Positions 44,109-53,096 of a stretch of DNA of 64,000 bases are shown piece after piece. Source of the stretch: Clostridia bacterium. GTDB lineage: Bacteria; Bacillota; Clostridia; Oscillospirales; CAG-272. Made by a program: the position numbers and the translations under genes. Numbering within the stretch: the stretch's first letter is position 1; each line of letters opens with the position of its first letter. Where the stretch lies: assembly GCA_017415805.1 (NCBI GenBank), contig JAFQEC010000004.1:2843-66842 (forward strand), written 5' to 3'. The notes under the pieces were generated by a model. The model was given only the letters and a program-made list of their open reading frames with translations, did not search any database and was not told where the DNA came from.

Positions 44109-44726
44109 ATGATAGGAATAAAATTATTCAAAGAACAAGAATATGCCGAACAGTTTATGAAAGGGCAAATTTATATAAGCGCTGCTGGGCGTTTTTCAAA
44201 AGCTACAGATGCACAACGGCGTTATACCGAAGGAATGATTCCAATTTTTGATAAACCATTGGTTATAGATGGGCAGGTTTTTAATGTGCCTTATTCCTTT
44301 AGTTATCTTGAACTTGATCGAGTTCCCGTGTTTTGTTTTACAATTTTAGACGAAAGAAATAGCACTATTGTTGATAAAACTCTTAATCACGATATTCCAA
44401 AAGGCAATCACGAGTTAGGAAAACATCTTGTGCTATTTGATGTAGATGAATTTTACAGAATACTATCTCAAAAAGTAACCGCTTGTGGTTGTGGCATTAT
44501 TGGCAAAAAGGTTAAATACTTTGATTTTAATAATTTAAAAGACAATTCGTGGCATAATGAAATAAAAACTCCGTATGACTGTTTGTTTTTACACGATATT
44601 AAGCATAAAAATCAAAATGAATTTAGATTTGTATTAACTGAAAAAATATTTGATCCGGGATTTGAGAGTACAATTGTTGATGTAGGCGAGTGGGATAAAA
44701 AACCTCAATATATGGAAATAGAGTAA
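44109..44726 (+). CDS. Hypothetical cytoplasmic protein (205 aa), no recognisable family
   Basis: An ORF in AT-rich DNA with an RBS-like GAGAGAG 8 nt upstream and a TTGATT-17-TATAAT promoter. No motif was recognised by eye. Confidence 0.5.
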   Translation: MIGIKLFKEQEYAEQFMKGQIYISAAGRFSKATDAQRRYTEGMIPIFDKPLVIDGQVFNVPYSFSYLELDRVPVFCFTILDERNSTIVDKTLNHDIPKGNHELGKHLVLFDVDEFYRILSQKVTACGCGIIGKKVKYFDFNNLKDNSWHNEIKTPYDCLFLHDIKHKNQNEFRFVLTEKIFDPGFESTIVDVGEWDKKPQYMEIE

Positions 44727-44802
44727 CTGGTTTTCGTACACCTATTGTACACCCGCACACTACAAACCGCCGCAAAAACCACCAACAACTACACAACCTA
44801 CC

Positions 44803-44845
44803 GAGCGTAAAATCTGCGTTTTTCGTGGATTTTACGCTCATTTTG
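44803..44845 (+). terminator. Terminator-like hairpin at the right end of the islet
   Basis: GAGCGTAAAATC-TGCGTTTTTCGTG-GATTTTACGCTC, followed by ATTTTG. Confidence 0.6.
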
Positions 44846-44890
44846 AAAGAAAATCCCCAAAGCGCAGATATAAACGAACATTTATGAAAA

Positions 44891-44934
44891 CTCCTAAGGG
44901 GTAGTTACAGGTTCGATTCCCGTTGGGGGTGCCA
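44891..44934 (+). repeat. Direct repeat, right copy (attR-like tRNA-Arg 3' fragment)
   Basis: CTCCTAAGGGGTAGTTACAGGTTCGATTCCCGTTGGGGGTGCCA. No tRNA 5' half lies upstream of it. Confidence 0.85.
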
Positions 44935-44974
44935 AAAAAACCGAGCTTGGTTGCAAAACCAAGCTCGGTTTTTC
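44935..44974. terminator. Bidirectional terminator
   Basis: CCGAGCTTGGTT-GCAA-AACCAAGCTCGG hairpin flanked by A7 and T5. Confidence 0.8.
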
Positions 44975-44978
44975 TGAT

Positions 44979-45230
44979 TTAATCCAACTCAAGATCCTCG
45001 CGTCTGAAAATATCGTCGTTCATAAATTCTTCGACTGTCATGTTGAAGCCGCGCGCGAGTCTGAATATTGTTGTGAAGGAGACCGTATTGTTTTTGCCTT
45101 GCAATATCCGATCCATGGCGCCGTGAAAAATTCCGGAGTCTTGCTCCAAACGATATTGTGTCATGCCTTTGCTGTGCAACAATTGAATAATTCTTATAGC
45201 AACTGCATCATTTATCGTCAAATTTTCCAC
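44979..45230 (-). CDS. XRE-family HTH regulator
   Basis: 83 aa. IRIIQLLHSKGMTQYRLEQDSGIFHGAMDRILQGKNN is an HTH_3-like sequence. Confidence 0.7.
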   Translation of the reverse strand: MENLTINDAVAIRIIQLLHSKGMTQYRLEQDSGIFHGAMDRILQGKNNTVSFTTIFRLARGFNMTVEEFMNDDIFRREDLELD

Positions 45231-45348
45231 CTCCTGCCTTTGTAAATGCGTATATATTTTATCATTTTTCCAAAAGCAATATACGCCTTCACAAAGGCGT
45301 AATGGTGTGGTATAATATGAGACGAATATATGCGAAAAGAGGTCGACA

Positions 45349-45777
45349 ATGACGATTGTGAAATATATAGTGGTCGGAATTTTGCTATTTGCCGCAATAT
45401 TCTCTTTCGTGTTTTTTCTGACAGATAAAACCGAGCACTACACGGTCGATAGCTATGTGCAAGAGCCTCTGGTGTATATTACCGATCACGGCGAATGTTA
45501 CCACGCTTGGAATTGCCACTATCTGGAGCGATCAAAAAACGCGAACGGCTTGTACGATGCTCGTTCAAAAGGATATCGCGCTTGTTCCTATTGTGATGGG
45601 GCCCCTCACGGAACAATCGAGGTTCCGTACAAGAAAACAGAGGCACAAGACGTTACATGCAAGGTTGTGATCCAAGCCATCATTTTTGCATCTGTTGGCA
45701 CCCTTCTGTATGCAACGGGATGTGTAACAATCCACTTTTACAGAAAAAGCAACACAAAAAAGGAACGGCAGATATAA
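45349..45777 (+). CDS. Membrane-anchored protein with a CYH-x3-C ... C-x2-C zinc-binding motif
   Basis: 142 aa with N- and C-terminal TM helices. The central sequence is HGECYHAWNCHYL...GYRACSYCDG. The promoter is TTCACA-17-TATAAT with a TG extension. Confidence 0.55.
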   Translation: MTIVKYIVVGILLFAAIFSFVFFLTDKTEHYTVDSYVQEPLVYITDHGECYHAWNCHYLERSKNANGLYDARSKGYRACSYCDGAPHGTIEVPYKKTEAQDVTCKVVIQAIIFASVGTLLYATGCVTIHFYRKSNTKKERQI

Positions 45778-45817
45778 TCGTCTGCTGTTCCTTTTGTATT
45801 TCATTTATACGTTTCCT

Positions 45818-46345
45818 TCACTTCACCAGATACCGCCAGGGGCGGTCGCGGTCCTCGGGGGCGGCGTAGTCGATGCCGACGCGCGGTAGGGCGACATAAT
45901 GGGGCACAGGGGTGCCGTCATCCTCCAGCCAGATGCCGCCCTGCTCGGTAAGCGGTGCGCCGTTATCGGCGCAGGTGATGGCCAGCGCGCGCGTGACGCG
46001 CCCGGGGCCGCTTGCGCCCTCCACGCCGCGGATGAGCACCGCCTCGGGATGCCCCTCGTCGCCCGTGACGACGTTGAGCAGGGCGTGGATGCCGTAGCAG
46101 AGGTAGACGTAGGCAATACCCCCTTGACGGTATAAGATCTCGGTACGTTTCGTCCTTCCCTTATGCGCGTGAGAGGCGGTGTCCTCCTCGCCGAAATAGC
46201 ACTCGGTCTCGGTGATGCGGCGGCGCAGCACGGTGCCGTCGGGCAGGCGGCGGCAGAGCCATTTACCAAGCAAAAGGGGCGCCAGAATAGTGGCAGGGCG
46301 ACTGAACCACGCAGAGTCCAATCGCCCGATCTGTTTTTGTGTCAT
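45818..46345 (-). CDS. mpg: DNA-3-methyladenine glycosylase (Mpg/AAG family)
   Basis: Start at MTQKQIG (ATGA overlap with asnA). ITETECYFGEEDTASHA and YVYLCYGIHALLNVV motifs are present. Confidence 0.8.
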   Translation of the reverse strand: MTQKQIGRLDSAWFSRPATILAPLLLGKWLCRRLPDGTVLRRRITETECYFGEEDTASHAHKGRTKRTEILYRQGGIAYVYLCYGIHALLNVVTGDEGHPEAVLIRGVEGASGPGRVTRALAITCADNGAPLTEQGGIWLEDDGTPVPHYVALPRVGIDYAAPEDRDRPWRYLVK

Positions 46346-47349
46346 AGCAAAACGATGCCGTTTTCGGCGCAAACGCGGCGCGTTTCGTCGTCCCAGAGCG
46401 ACACCTGCACCTCGCCGATGTGCGCCTTACCAAGCAGGAGCATGGAAAGGCGGGACTGGCCGATGCCGCCGCCCATGGTGAGGGGCAGCTCGCCTGCGAG
46501 CAGTGCGCGGTGGAAGGGCAGATCGCGCCGATCCTCCGCACCTGCCGCCTTGAGCTGTGCCGCAAGCGAGCGTTCGTCCACGCGAATACCCATTGACGAG
46601 ATCTCCACGGCGCAGTCAAGCGTGTCATCCCAGAACAGAATGTCGCCGTTAAGCGACCAATCGTCGTAGTCGGGGGCGCGGCCGTCGTGGGGCTTGCCCG
46701 AGCGCAGCTTGCCGCCGATCTGCATAATAAATACCGTCTTTTTCTCCTTGGTGATCAGGTTCTCGCGCTCCTTGCCCGTCTTATCGGGGTAGAGGTCCTC
46801 GAGCTCCTGCGAGGTGATAAAGGTGACCTCGCGCTCCAGCTCGACGTTCAGCTGCGGATAGCGGCATTTGAGCACGTCCAGCGTTTCGCAGATCGCGCCC
46901 ACGATGCACTTCACCACGGTTTTGAGATAGTCGATATTGCGCGTTTTGGTGGTGATGATCTTCTCCCAGTCCCACTGATCGGTATAGATCGAGTGCAGGT
47001 TATCCATCTCCTCGTCGCGGCGGATGGCGTTCATATCAGTATAAAGCCCCTCGCCCGCCGAAAAGCCGTAGGCGCGCAGTGCCATGCGCTTCCACTTGGC
47101 AAGCGAGTGCACGATCACGGCGGTCTGCCCGTTCTCCTTGATGTCAAACGCGACGGGTCGCTCGTAGCCGTTCAGGTCATCGTTCATGCCCGTGGTGGGA
47201 TCGACGAACAAGGGCGCGGACACGCGGCGCAAATTCAGCGCCAGGCACAGCTTTTCCTCAAACGTGCGCTTGAGCATGCCGATGGCGGTCTGCGTGTCGT
47301 AAATACCCAATACCGAGCGATACCCTTCGGGCACTGTGATCTTACTCAT
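46342..47349 (-). CDS. asnA: Aspartate-ammonia ligase
   Basis: 335 aa beginning MSKITVPEGYRSVLGIYDTQTAIGMLKRTFE. GGGIGQSRL motif present. Confidence 0.9.
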   Translation of the reverse strand: MSKITVPEGYRSVLGIYDTQTAIGMLKRTFEEKLCLALNLRRVSAPLFVDPTTGMNDDLNGYERPVAFDIKENGQTAVIVHSLAKWKRMALRAYGFSAGEGLYTDMNAIRRDEEMDNLHSIYTDQWDWEKIITTKTRNIDYLKTVVKCIVGAICETLDVLKCRYPQLNVELEREVTFITSQELEDLYPDKTGKERENLITKEKKTVFIMQIGGKLRSGKPHDGRAPDYDDWSLNGDILFWDDTLDCAVEISSMGIRVDERSLAAQLKAAGAEDRRDLPFHRALLAGELPLTMGGGIGQSRLSMLLLGKAHIGEVQVSLWDDETRRVCAENGIVLL

Positions 47350-47369
47350 AAAAAACTCCTTACAGCTTG

Positions 47370-48746
47370 TTAAATGCTGCCCACACTGCGGGGGAACAGC
47401 AGAGTATCACGGATGTTTTGCACGCCCGTGAGGTACATCACGATGCGGTCAAGGCCCAGACCAAAGCCGCTGTGCGGCACACTGCCGAACTTGCGCGTGT
47501 CGAGATACTCGCGGTAGGACTCCAGCGCCATGCCGCGCGCGTTCATTGCGTCCAGCAGCTTATCCATATCCCACTCGCGCTCGCTGCAGCCGATGATCTC
47601 ACCGATGCCGGGCACGAGCAGGTCGGTTGCGGCAACGGTCTTGCCGTCGTCGTTCTGCTTCATATAGAAGGACTTGATCTCCTTGGGGTAATCCACCACG
47701 AACAGCGGCTTTTTAAAATACTCGTCGGTGAGATACTTCTCGTGCTCGGTCTGGAGATCGCAGCCCCACTCCACGGGGTATTTGAACTCCTTGCCCGATT
47801 TTTGCAGGATCTCCACCGCCTCGGTATAGGTGACGCGGCCGAAATCGCTGTTGAGCACGTGGTTGAGCTTATCCTTGAGTCCCTTCTCCACCCACTGATC
47901 GAAGAAATCCATTTCCTCGGGGCAGTTCTCCAGCACGTCGCGGATGATCGACTTGATGAAGTCCTCGGCGATCTCGATGATGTCGTCGATCTCGGCAAAG
48001 GCGACCTCGGGCTCAACGTGCCAGAACTCCGAGAGGTGACGGGTGGTGTTGCTGTGCTCGGCGCGGAACGAGGGCCCGAAGGTATAGATCTTGCCAAGAC
48101 CCATAGCGGCCATCTCGCCCTCAAGCTGTGCCGACACGCTCAGTCCCACGCGCTTGCCGAAGAAATCGGCGGCGTTGTACTCCTCCTCGCTCTTGTGCTC
48201 GGTGCTCCACGGATGCGTGGTCACACGGAACATCTCGCCCGCACCCTCGCAATCGCTTGCGGTGATAATGGGCGCATGGACATACTTATAGCCGTTGCTC
48301 TGGAAATAATTGTGGATGGCGAAGGAGAGGCGGTCGCGCACGGCGAAAACCGACTCAAAATAGCGGGTTCTGGCGCGCAGGTGCGGAATGGTGCGCAGGA
48401 ACTCAAGCGTGTGGCGCTTCTTTTGCAGAGGATAATCGCCGGGGCAGGAGCCGAACACCGTGAGCTCGCGCACGTTGACCTCACAGCCGTTGCGCTCGGA
48501 TGCGATCAGCTCACCCTTGACCATGAGCGACGCGCCCACGACCATCACGTCGCCAAGCTGTGCGTCGCTGAACTTCTCACGGTCGAACACCAGCTGCAGA
48601 TTGCGCAGGCAGGTGCCGTCATTGAGCTCGATAAACGCCACGCTCTTGGAATCGCGCGCGGTACGCACCCAGCCACAGACCGTGACATCGGTGCCCACAT
48701 ACGCCGCGGTGTTGGCAAACAGCTTTTTTACATCAATGTGCTTCAT
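47370..48746 (-). CDS. asnS: Asparaginyl-tRNA synthetase
   Basis: 458 aa with class II motifs FRAEHSNTTRHLSEFWHVEPE and GFGLGLDR, plus an N-terminal OB fold (VCGWVRTARDSK). Confidence 0.9.
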   Translation of the reverse strand: MKHIDVKKLFANTAAYVGTDVTVCGWVRTARDSKSVAFIELNDGTCLRNLQLVFDREKFSDAQLGDVMVVGASLMVKGELIASERNGCEVNVRELTVFGSCPGDYPLQKKRHTLEFLRTIPHLRARTRYFESVFAVRDRLSFAIHNYFQSNGYKYVHAPIITASDCEGAGEMFRVTTHPWSTEHKSEEEYNAADFFGKRVGLSVSAQLEGEMAAMGLGKIYTFGPSFRAEHSNTTRHLSEFWHVEPEVAFAEIDDIIEIAEDFIKSIIRDVLENCPEEMDFFDQWVEKGLKDKLNHVLNSDFGRVTYTEAVEILQKSGKEFKYPVEWGCDLQTEHEKYLTDEYFKKPLFVVDYPKEIKSFYMKQNDDGKTVAATDLLVPGIGEIIGCSEREWDMDKLLDAMNARGMALESYREYLDTRKFGSVPHSGFGLGLDRIVMYLTGVQNIRDTLLFPRSVGSI

Positions 48747-48842
48747 AGCGTCCTCCGAAATGCCCGAAATGGCAAATTAAGTCATATATAGATAAGTATA
48801 ACACTATTTTAAGGAAAAATCAATATGTTTTACAGGAAAATT

Positions 48843-48870
48843 AAGGCCTCGCGGCGTGCCGCGAGGCCCT
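48843..48870 (-). terminator. Terminator after pflA
   Basis: AAGGCCTCGCGG-CGTG-CCGCGAGGCCTT hairpin. Confidence 0.75.
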
Positions 48871-48872
48871 TT

Positions 48873-49580
48873 TCAATATTTCAGCTTTTTTTGCAGCTCT
48901 GCCATTTGCTCGGCCGTGGGTGTTTCGTAACGGTCAAAGGGAAATTCCAACCCCATATTGTCGTATTTCACGCGGCAGATCTTGCGAAAGGGCAAGAGCT
49001 CCACGCCGTCCACCACCGAATGTGCGGCGGCAAGGGCGTTCAGCATTTCCACGCTCTGTGCGGTATCGTTGAGCGAGGGGATTGTGACCTGACGCAGCGT
49101 GGTGGGGATCCCCTTTGCTTGCAGCTCGTCCAGGAACGCCAAGGGGGGCTCGATACCACAGCCCACGAAGGCGCGGTACTGCGCATCGGTGGGGTATTTG
49201 ATGTCCAGCAAAACGCGGTCGGTCACGGCAAGCAACGCGCGCACGCGCCCGTCCAACAAGCTGCCCGAGGTGTCAAGGCAGGTGTGGATGCCGCGCGCGT
49301 GGCACTCCTCGAACAGTGCGCGCACGAAATCCGATTGCAGCAGCGGCTCACCGCCCGAGACCGTGATGCCACCGTCCTTGCCGAAATACGTGCGGTAGCG
49401 CGCGGCGGTCTCGGCCAGCTCCGCGGCGGTCATTTCCCTGCCGCCCTCGCACGCCCACGTATCGGGATTGTGACAGCATCCGCAGCGCAGGTTACAGCCC
49501 TGCACGAACACAACGAAACGGACACCCGGCCCGTCGAGCGTGCCGAGTGTCTGAATCGAATGAATGCGTCCCTTCATCAC
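48873..49580 (-). CDS. pflA: Pyruvate formate-lyase activating enzyme
   Basis: 235 aa with [27 protein letters not shown] and VSGGEP motifs. Confidence 0.9.
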   Translation of the reverse strand: MMKGRIHSIQTLGTLDGPGVRFVVFVQGCNLRCGCCHNPDTWACEGGREMTAAELAETAARYRTYFGKDGGITVSGGEPLLQSDFVRALFEECHARGIHTCLDTSGSLLDGRVRALLAVTDRVLLDIKYPTDAQYRAFVGCGIEPPLAFLDELQAKGIPTTLRQVTIPSLNDTAQSVEMLNALAAAHSVVDGVELLPFRKICRVKYDNMGLEFPFDRYETPTAEQMAELQKKLKY

Positions 49581-51808
49581 ATGCTCTCGTGGAAGGTACG
49601 GCTGATGACCTCACGCTGCTGCTCGCGCGAGAGCTTGTTGAAGTTCACGGCGTAGCCCGAAACGCGAATGGTCAGGTTCGGGTAGGCATCGGGGTCCTCG
49701 TACGCCTTCATCAGCGTCTCACGGGAGAGCACGTTGATGTTGATGTGGTGCGCCATCTTGGCAAAATAGCCGTCCAGAATGGTCACCAGATTGCCGACGC
49801 GCTCGGCGTCGGTTCTGCCCAGTGCCGCGGGCGTGATCGAGAAGGTGTTGGAAACGCCGTCACGGCAGTCGTCATAGTCGATCTTGGCCACCGAGTTGAG
49901 CGACGCGAGCGCACCGTTCTCCTCACGGTTGTGCATGGGGTTGGCACCGGGGGCGAAGGGCTCGCCCGCCTTGCGGCCGTCGGGAGTGTTGTTGGTGTGC
50001 TTGCCGTACATCACGTTCGAGGTGATGGTCAGCACCGAGAGGGTATGCTCGGCGTTGCGGTAGGTGGGTGTCTTGCGAAGCTCGGTGATCACCTTGTGCG
50101 TGAGCTCCTTGGCGATGCTGTCCACGCGGTCGTCGTCGTTGCCGAACTTGGGGAAATCGCCCACGGTCTTGAAATCCACGATATAGCCGTTCTCGTCCTT
50201 GATGGGCGACACGCTTGCGTGCTTGATGGCGCTGAGCGAATCGGTCACGACCGAAAGGCCCGCCACGCCAAAGGCCATAAAGCGATGCACGTCGGTATCG
50301 TGCAGAGCCATTTGCGTCTTCTCGTAGGCATATTTATCGTGCATATAGTGAATGACGTTCATGGTATTCACGTACAGGCGGGAGAGCCACTGCAAATAAA
50401 TGTCGTAGCGCTCCATCACCGCCGCAAAATCCAGCTTATCTCCCGCCAGCACGTCCATCTGCGGGCCGATCTTCATGCCGCTGGTGGTGTCATAGCCGCC
50501 GTTGATGGCGATGAGCAGCAGCTTGGCGAGGTTACAGCGCGCGCCGAAGAACTGCATTTGCTTGCCGATGCGCATCGCGGAGACGCAGCAGGCGATCGCA
50601 TAGTCGTCGCCGTAGCGCGGGCGCATCAGATCGTCGTTTTCATACTGGATGGAGTCGGTATCCACCGAGACCTTGGCACAGTATTTCTTGAAGCCCTCGG
50701 GCAGCTCGGTCGACCAGAGCACCGTGAGGTTGGGCTCGGGCGACGAGCCAAGCGTGTAGAGCGTGTTGAGGATACGGAAGCTGCTCTTGGTGACCAGCGT
50801 GCGGCCGTCCTCACCCATACCGCCCACGGCCTCGGTGATCCACATGGGGTCGCCGCCGAAGAGCTCGTTATAGTCGGGGGTGCGCAGATGGCGCGCCATA
50901 CGCAGCTTCATCACGAAATCGTCGATCAGCTCCTGCGCCTCGCTCTCGGTCAGCGTGCCGTTTGCAAGATCGCGCTCGATATAAATGTCGAAGAAGGTCG
51001 AGACACGGCCCAGCGAGTTTGCCGCGCCATTCTGCTCCTTAATGGCGGCAAGGTATGCGAAATAGGTCCACTGGATCGCCTCGCGTGCGTTTGCGGCGGG
51101 GCCGCTGATGTCGTAGCCGTACATGGCCGCCATTTCCTTGAGGAAGCCGAGGAACGAGATCTGACGGTGCAGCTCCTCGTCCAAACGGATCACGTCGACG
51201 TCAAAATCGCGCGTTGCCAGTGCTTGCTTGTCCTTCTTTTTTTCCTCGATCAGGTGATCCACGCCGTACAGCGCCACGCGGCGGTAGTCGCCGATGATAC
51301 GGCCGCGGCCATAGCCGTCGGGCAGGCCCGTGATCACGTGGCACTTGCGCGCCAAACGCATCTCGTCGGTATAGGCGCGGAATACGCCGTCGTTGTGGGT
51401 GGTGCGGTAGCAAAAGCCCTCCTCGACCGCGTTGCCGAGCTTATAGCCGTAGGCCTCGCAGGCAGCGCGTGCCATGCGGATACCGCCGAAGGGGTTGACG
51501 CCGCGCTTGAGCGGGCGGTTGGTCTGCAGACCCACGATCAGCTCCTTGTCCTTGTCCAGATAACCGGGGGCGTAGGCCGTGAGCGAGGAGACCGTGTTGG
51601 TGTCAATATCCAGCACGCCGCCGTACTGACGCTCCAGCGTGAAGAGCGATTGCAGCTTTTTCATGAGCTCCGCGGTGCGCTCGGTTGCGCCCGCAAGGAA
51701 GTTCGCGCCGCCCGTATAGGGGCGATAGTTTTGTTGAATAAAATCGCGGACGTCGATGGCGCTCTGCCATACGCCGGCCTTGAAGCCATGCCAATTCTTG
51801 TGTTCCAT
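49577..51808 (-). CDS. pflB: Pyruvate formate-lyase (formate C-acetyltransferase)
   Basis: 743 aa with the catalytic IACCVSA and the glycyl-radical motif [11 protein letters not shown]. Confidence 0.95.
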   Translation of the reverse strand: MEHKNWHGFKAGVWQSAIDVRDFIQQNYRPYTGGANFLAGATERTAELMKKLQSLFTLERQYGGVLDIDTNTVSSLTAYAPGYLDKDKELIVGLQTNRPLKRGVNPFGGIRMARAACEAYGYKLGNAVEEGFCYRTTHNDGVFRAYTDEMRLARKCHVITGLPDGYGRGRIIGDYRRVALYGVDHLIEEKKKDKQALATRDFDVDVIRLDEELHRQISFLGFLKEMAAMYGYDISGPAANAREAIQWTYFAYLAAIKEQNGAANSLGRVSTFFDIYIERDLANGTLTESEAQELIDDFVMKLRMARHLRTPDYNELFGGDPMWITEAVGGMGEDGRTLVTKSSFRILNTLYTLGSSPEPNLTVLWSTELPEGFKKYCAKVSVDTDSIQYENDDLMRPRYGDDYAIACCVSAMRIGKQMQFFGARCNLAKLLLIAINGGYDTTSGMKIGPQMDVLAGDKLDFAAVMERYDIYLQWLSRLYVNTMNVIHYMHDKYAYEKTQMALHDTDVHRFMAFGVAGLSVVTDSLSAIKHASVSPIKDENGYIVDFKTVGDFPKFGNDDDRVDSIAKELTHKVITELRKTPTYRNAEHTLSVLTITSNVMYGKHTNNTPDGRKAGEPFAPGANPMHNREENGALASLNSVAKIDYDDCRDGVSNTFSITPAALGRTDAERVGNLVTILDGYFAKMAHHININVLSRETLMKAYEDPDAYPNLTIRVSGYAVNFNKLSREQQREVISRTFHESM

Positions 51809-51932
51809 AATCTTCTCCTTCTCGCCGGGCCCAGACGGTCGGCCTTATGCGCTTATTATTTTTACATTCCCCTGCGGTGCTCCGCTCAGCCACACGGATG
51901 TATGGCGGGCCGTCAGTCATGTAACTATTATC

Positions 51933-51961
51933 AGTATAATATAATCATTCTAAAAAGTCAA
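51933..51961 (-). promoter_or_regulatory. pflBA promoter
   Basis: On the minus strand: TTGACT, 17 nt, TATACT. It lies about 120 nt upstream of pflB. Confidence 0.55.
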
Positions 51962-52049
51962 GATGGGGAACGGTGGCAAAAACACGAAAAAGTGCGCAAA
52001 CGGGTCGCGTTTTTTGACGCTGTTGCACACAAAAAATATTTTTATGTAA

Positions 52050-52092
52050 AAATTTGGCGCACCCGCTTTGTTTCGGGTGCGCCGATTTTTTA
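52050..52092 (-). terminator. Terminator after cysK
   Basis: GGCGCACCCG...CGGGTGCGCC hairpin with T-runs on both strands. Confidence 0.75.
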
Positions 52093-52093
52093 T

Positions 52094-53020
52094 TTAGTCA
52101 AATAACGGGGTGGAAAAATAGCGCTCTGCAGTGTCGGGCAAAACCGTGACCACGGTTTTCCCCTTACCCAGCTTCTTGGCAAGCCGCAGTGCCGCCGCCA
52201 CGTTGGTGCCGCTGCTGATGCCGCACAGGATCCCCTCCTTGGCGGCAAGGTCGCGCGCAGTCTGCAACGCCTCCTCATCCTTGACGATACACACATCGTC
52301 GTAAATGCTTTGGTTGAGGATCGGGGGAATGAGGCCGTCGCCGATGCCCATCTGCACGTGCGTGCCGATCGAGCCGCCCGACAGGATCGCGGCGTTCTCG
52401 GGCTCGACCGCCCAGATCGTGATGTCAGGATTCTGCGCCTTGAGCGTTTCCCCGATGCCCGTGATCGTGCCGCCCGTTCCGATGCCCGAGCAAAAGCCGT
52501 GAATGGGACCTGCAACCTGCACCAGGATCTCCGCACCTGTTGCCGTACGCTGAATGGCGGGGTTGGCGGGGTTTTCAAACTGCTGGGGCACAAAGACGTT
52601 GGGGTCCTCTGCCTTCATGCGGAGCGCGAGTGCAAGGCACTCCTCGATGCAAAGGCCGATGTTGCCGTTGTCGTGCACGAGAAGCACCTCGGCACCGTAC
52701 TGGCGCACCAGCTTGCGACGCTCCTCGCTGACCGAGTCGGGCATGATGATCTTGACCTTATAGCCGCGCACCGCGCCCACCAGTGCAAGCCCGATGCCCT
52801 GATTGCCGCTTGTGGGCTCGACGATCACGGTATCCGCACCGATCAGCCCACGCGACTCGGCATCCTCGATCATATTCAGCGCGGTGCGCGTCTTGATCGA
52901 GCCACCGACGTTGAGCCCCTCAAACTTCACCAGCACCTCGGCATCGTCCGAGCCCGTCATATGGCGAAGTCGGATGATGGGCGTGTTGCCCATTGCCTCT
53001 AAAATCGTGTTACAAATCAT
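52094..53020 (-). CDS. cysK: Cysteine synthase A (O-acetylserine sulfhydrylase)
   Basis: 308 aa with GNTPIIRL, the PLP-Lys region NVGGSIKTR, TSGNQGIGLA and GIGTGGTITG. Confidence 0.9.
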   Translation of the reverse strand: MICNTILEAMGNTPIIRLRHMTGSDDAEVLVKFEGLNVGGSIKTRTALNMIEDAESRGLIGADTVIVEPTSGNQGIGLALVGAVRGYKVKIIMPDSVSEERRKLVRQYGAEVLLVHDNGNIGLCIEECLALALRMKAEDPNVFVPQQFENPANPAIQRTATGAEILVQVAGPIHGFCSGIGTGGTITGIGETLKAQNPDITIWAVEPENAAILSGGSIGTHVQMGIGDGLIPPILNQSIYDDVCIVKDEEALQTARDLAAKEGILCGISSGTNVAAALRLAKKLGKGKTVVTVLPDTAERYFSTPLFD

Positions 53021-53053
53021 GTCTGCTACCTTTCATTGGTTCGCTATCACGTT

Positions 53054-53082
53054 ATTGTACCATAAAGTATAGCAAAAATCAA
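53054..53082 (-). promoter_or_regulatory. cysK promoter
   Basis: On the minus strand: TTGATT, 17 nt, TACAAT (TGg extended). Confidence 0.6.
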
Positions 53083-53096
53083 GAGCTGTGTGAATA

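Larger units (their letters stand above)
42575..44934 (+). mobile_element. Integrase-less low-GC islet bounded by tRNA-Arg and a 44-bp copy of its 3' end
   Basis: The direct repeats lie 2360 bp apart. GC drops sharply (18/60 at 43381-43440, against 36/60 in a core line). It holds three orphan ORFs, each with its own promoter and terminator. No recombinase gene is present. Confidence 0.5.

Noticed and set aside
48747-48872. A possible T-box or other leader upstream of asnS.
   Set aside because: Only about 125 nt are available. They contain a promoter (TTGATT-17-TATACT) and the pflA terminator, and there is no GGUGGNACCGCG-type T-box sequence.
47367-52105. Plus-strand ORFs of 474 aa, 276 aa and 852 aa opposite asnS, pflA and pflB.
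   Set aside because: They are antisense to highly conserved genes. The 852-aa ORF also runs across the pfl promoter region.
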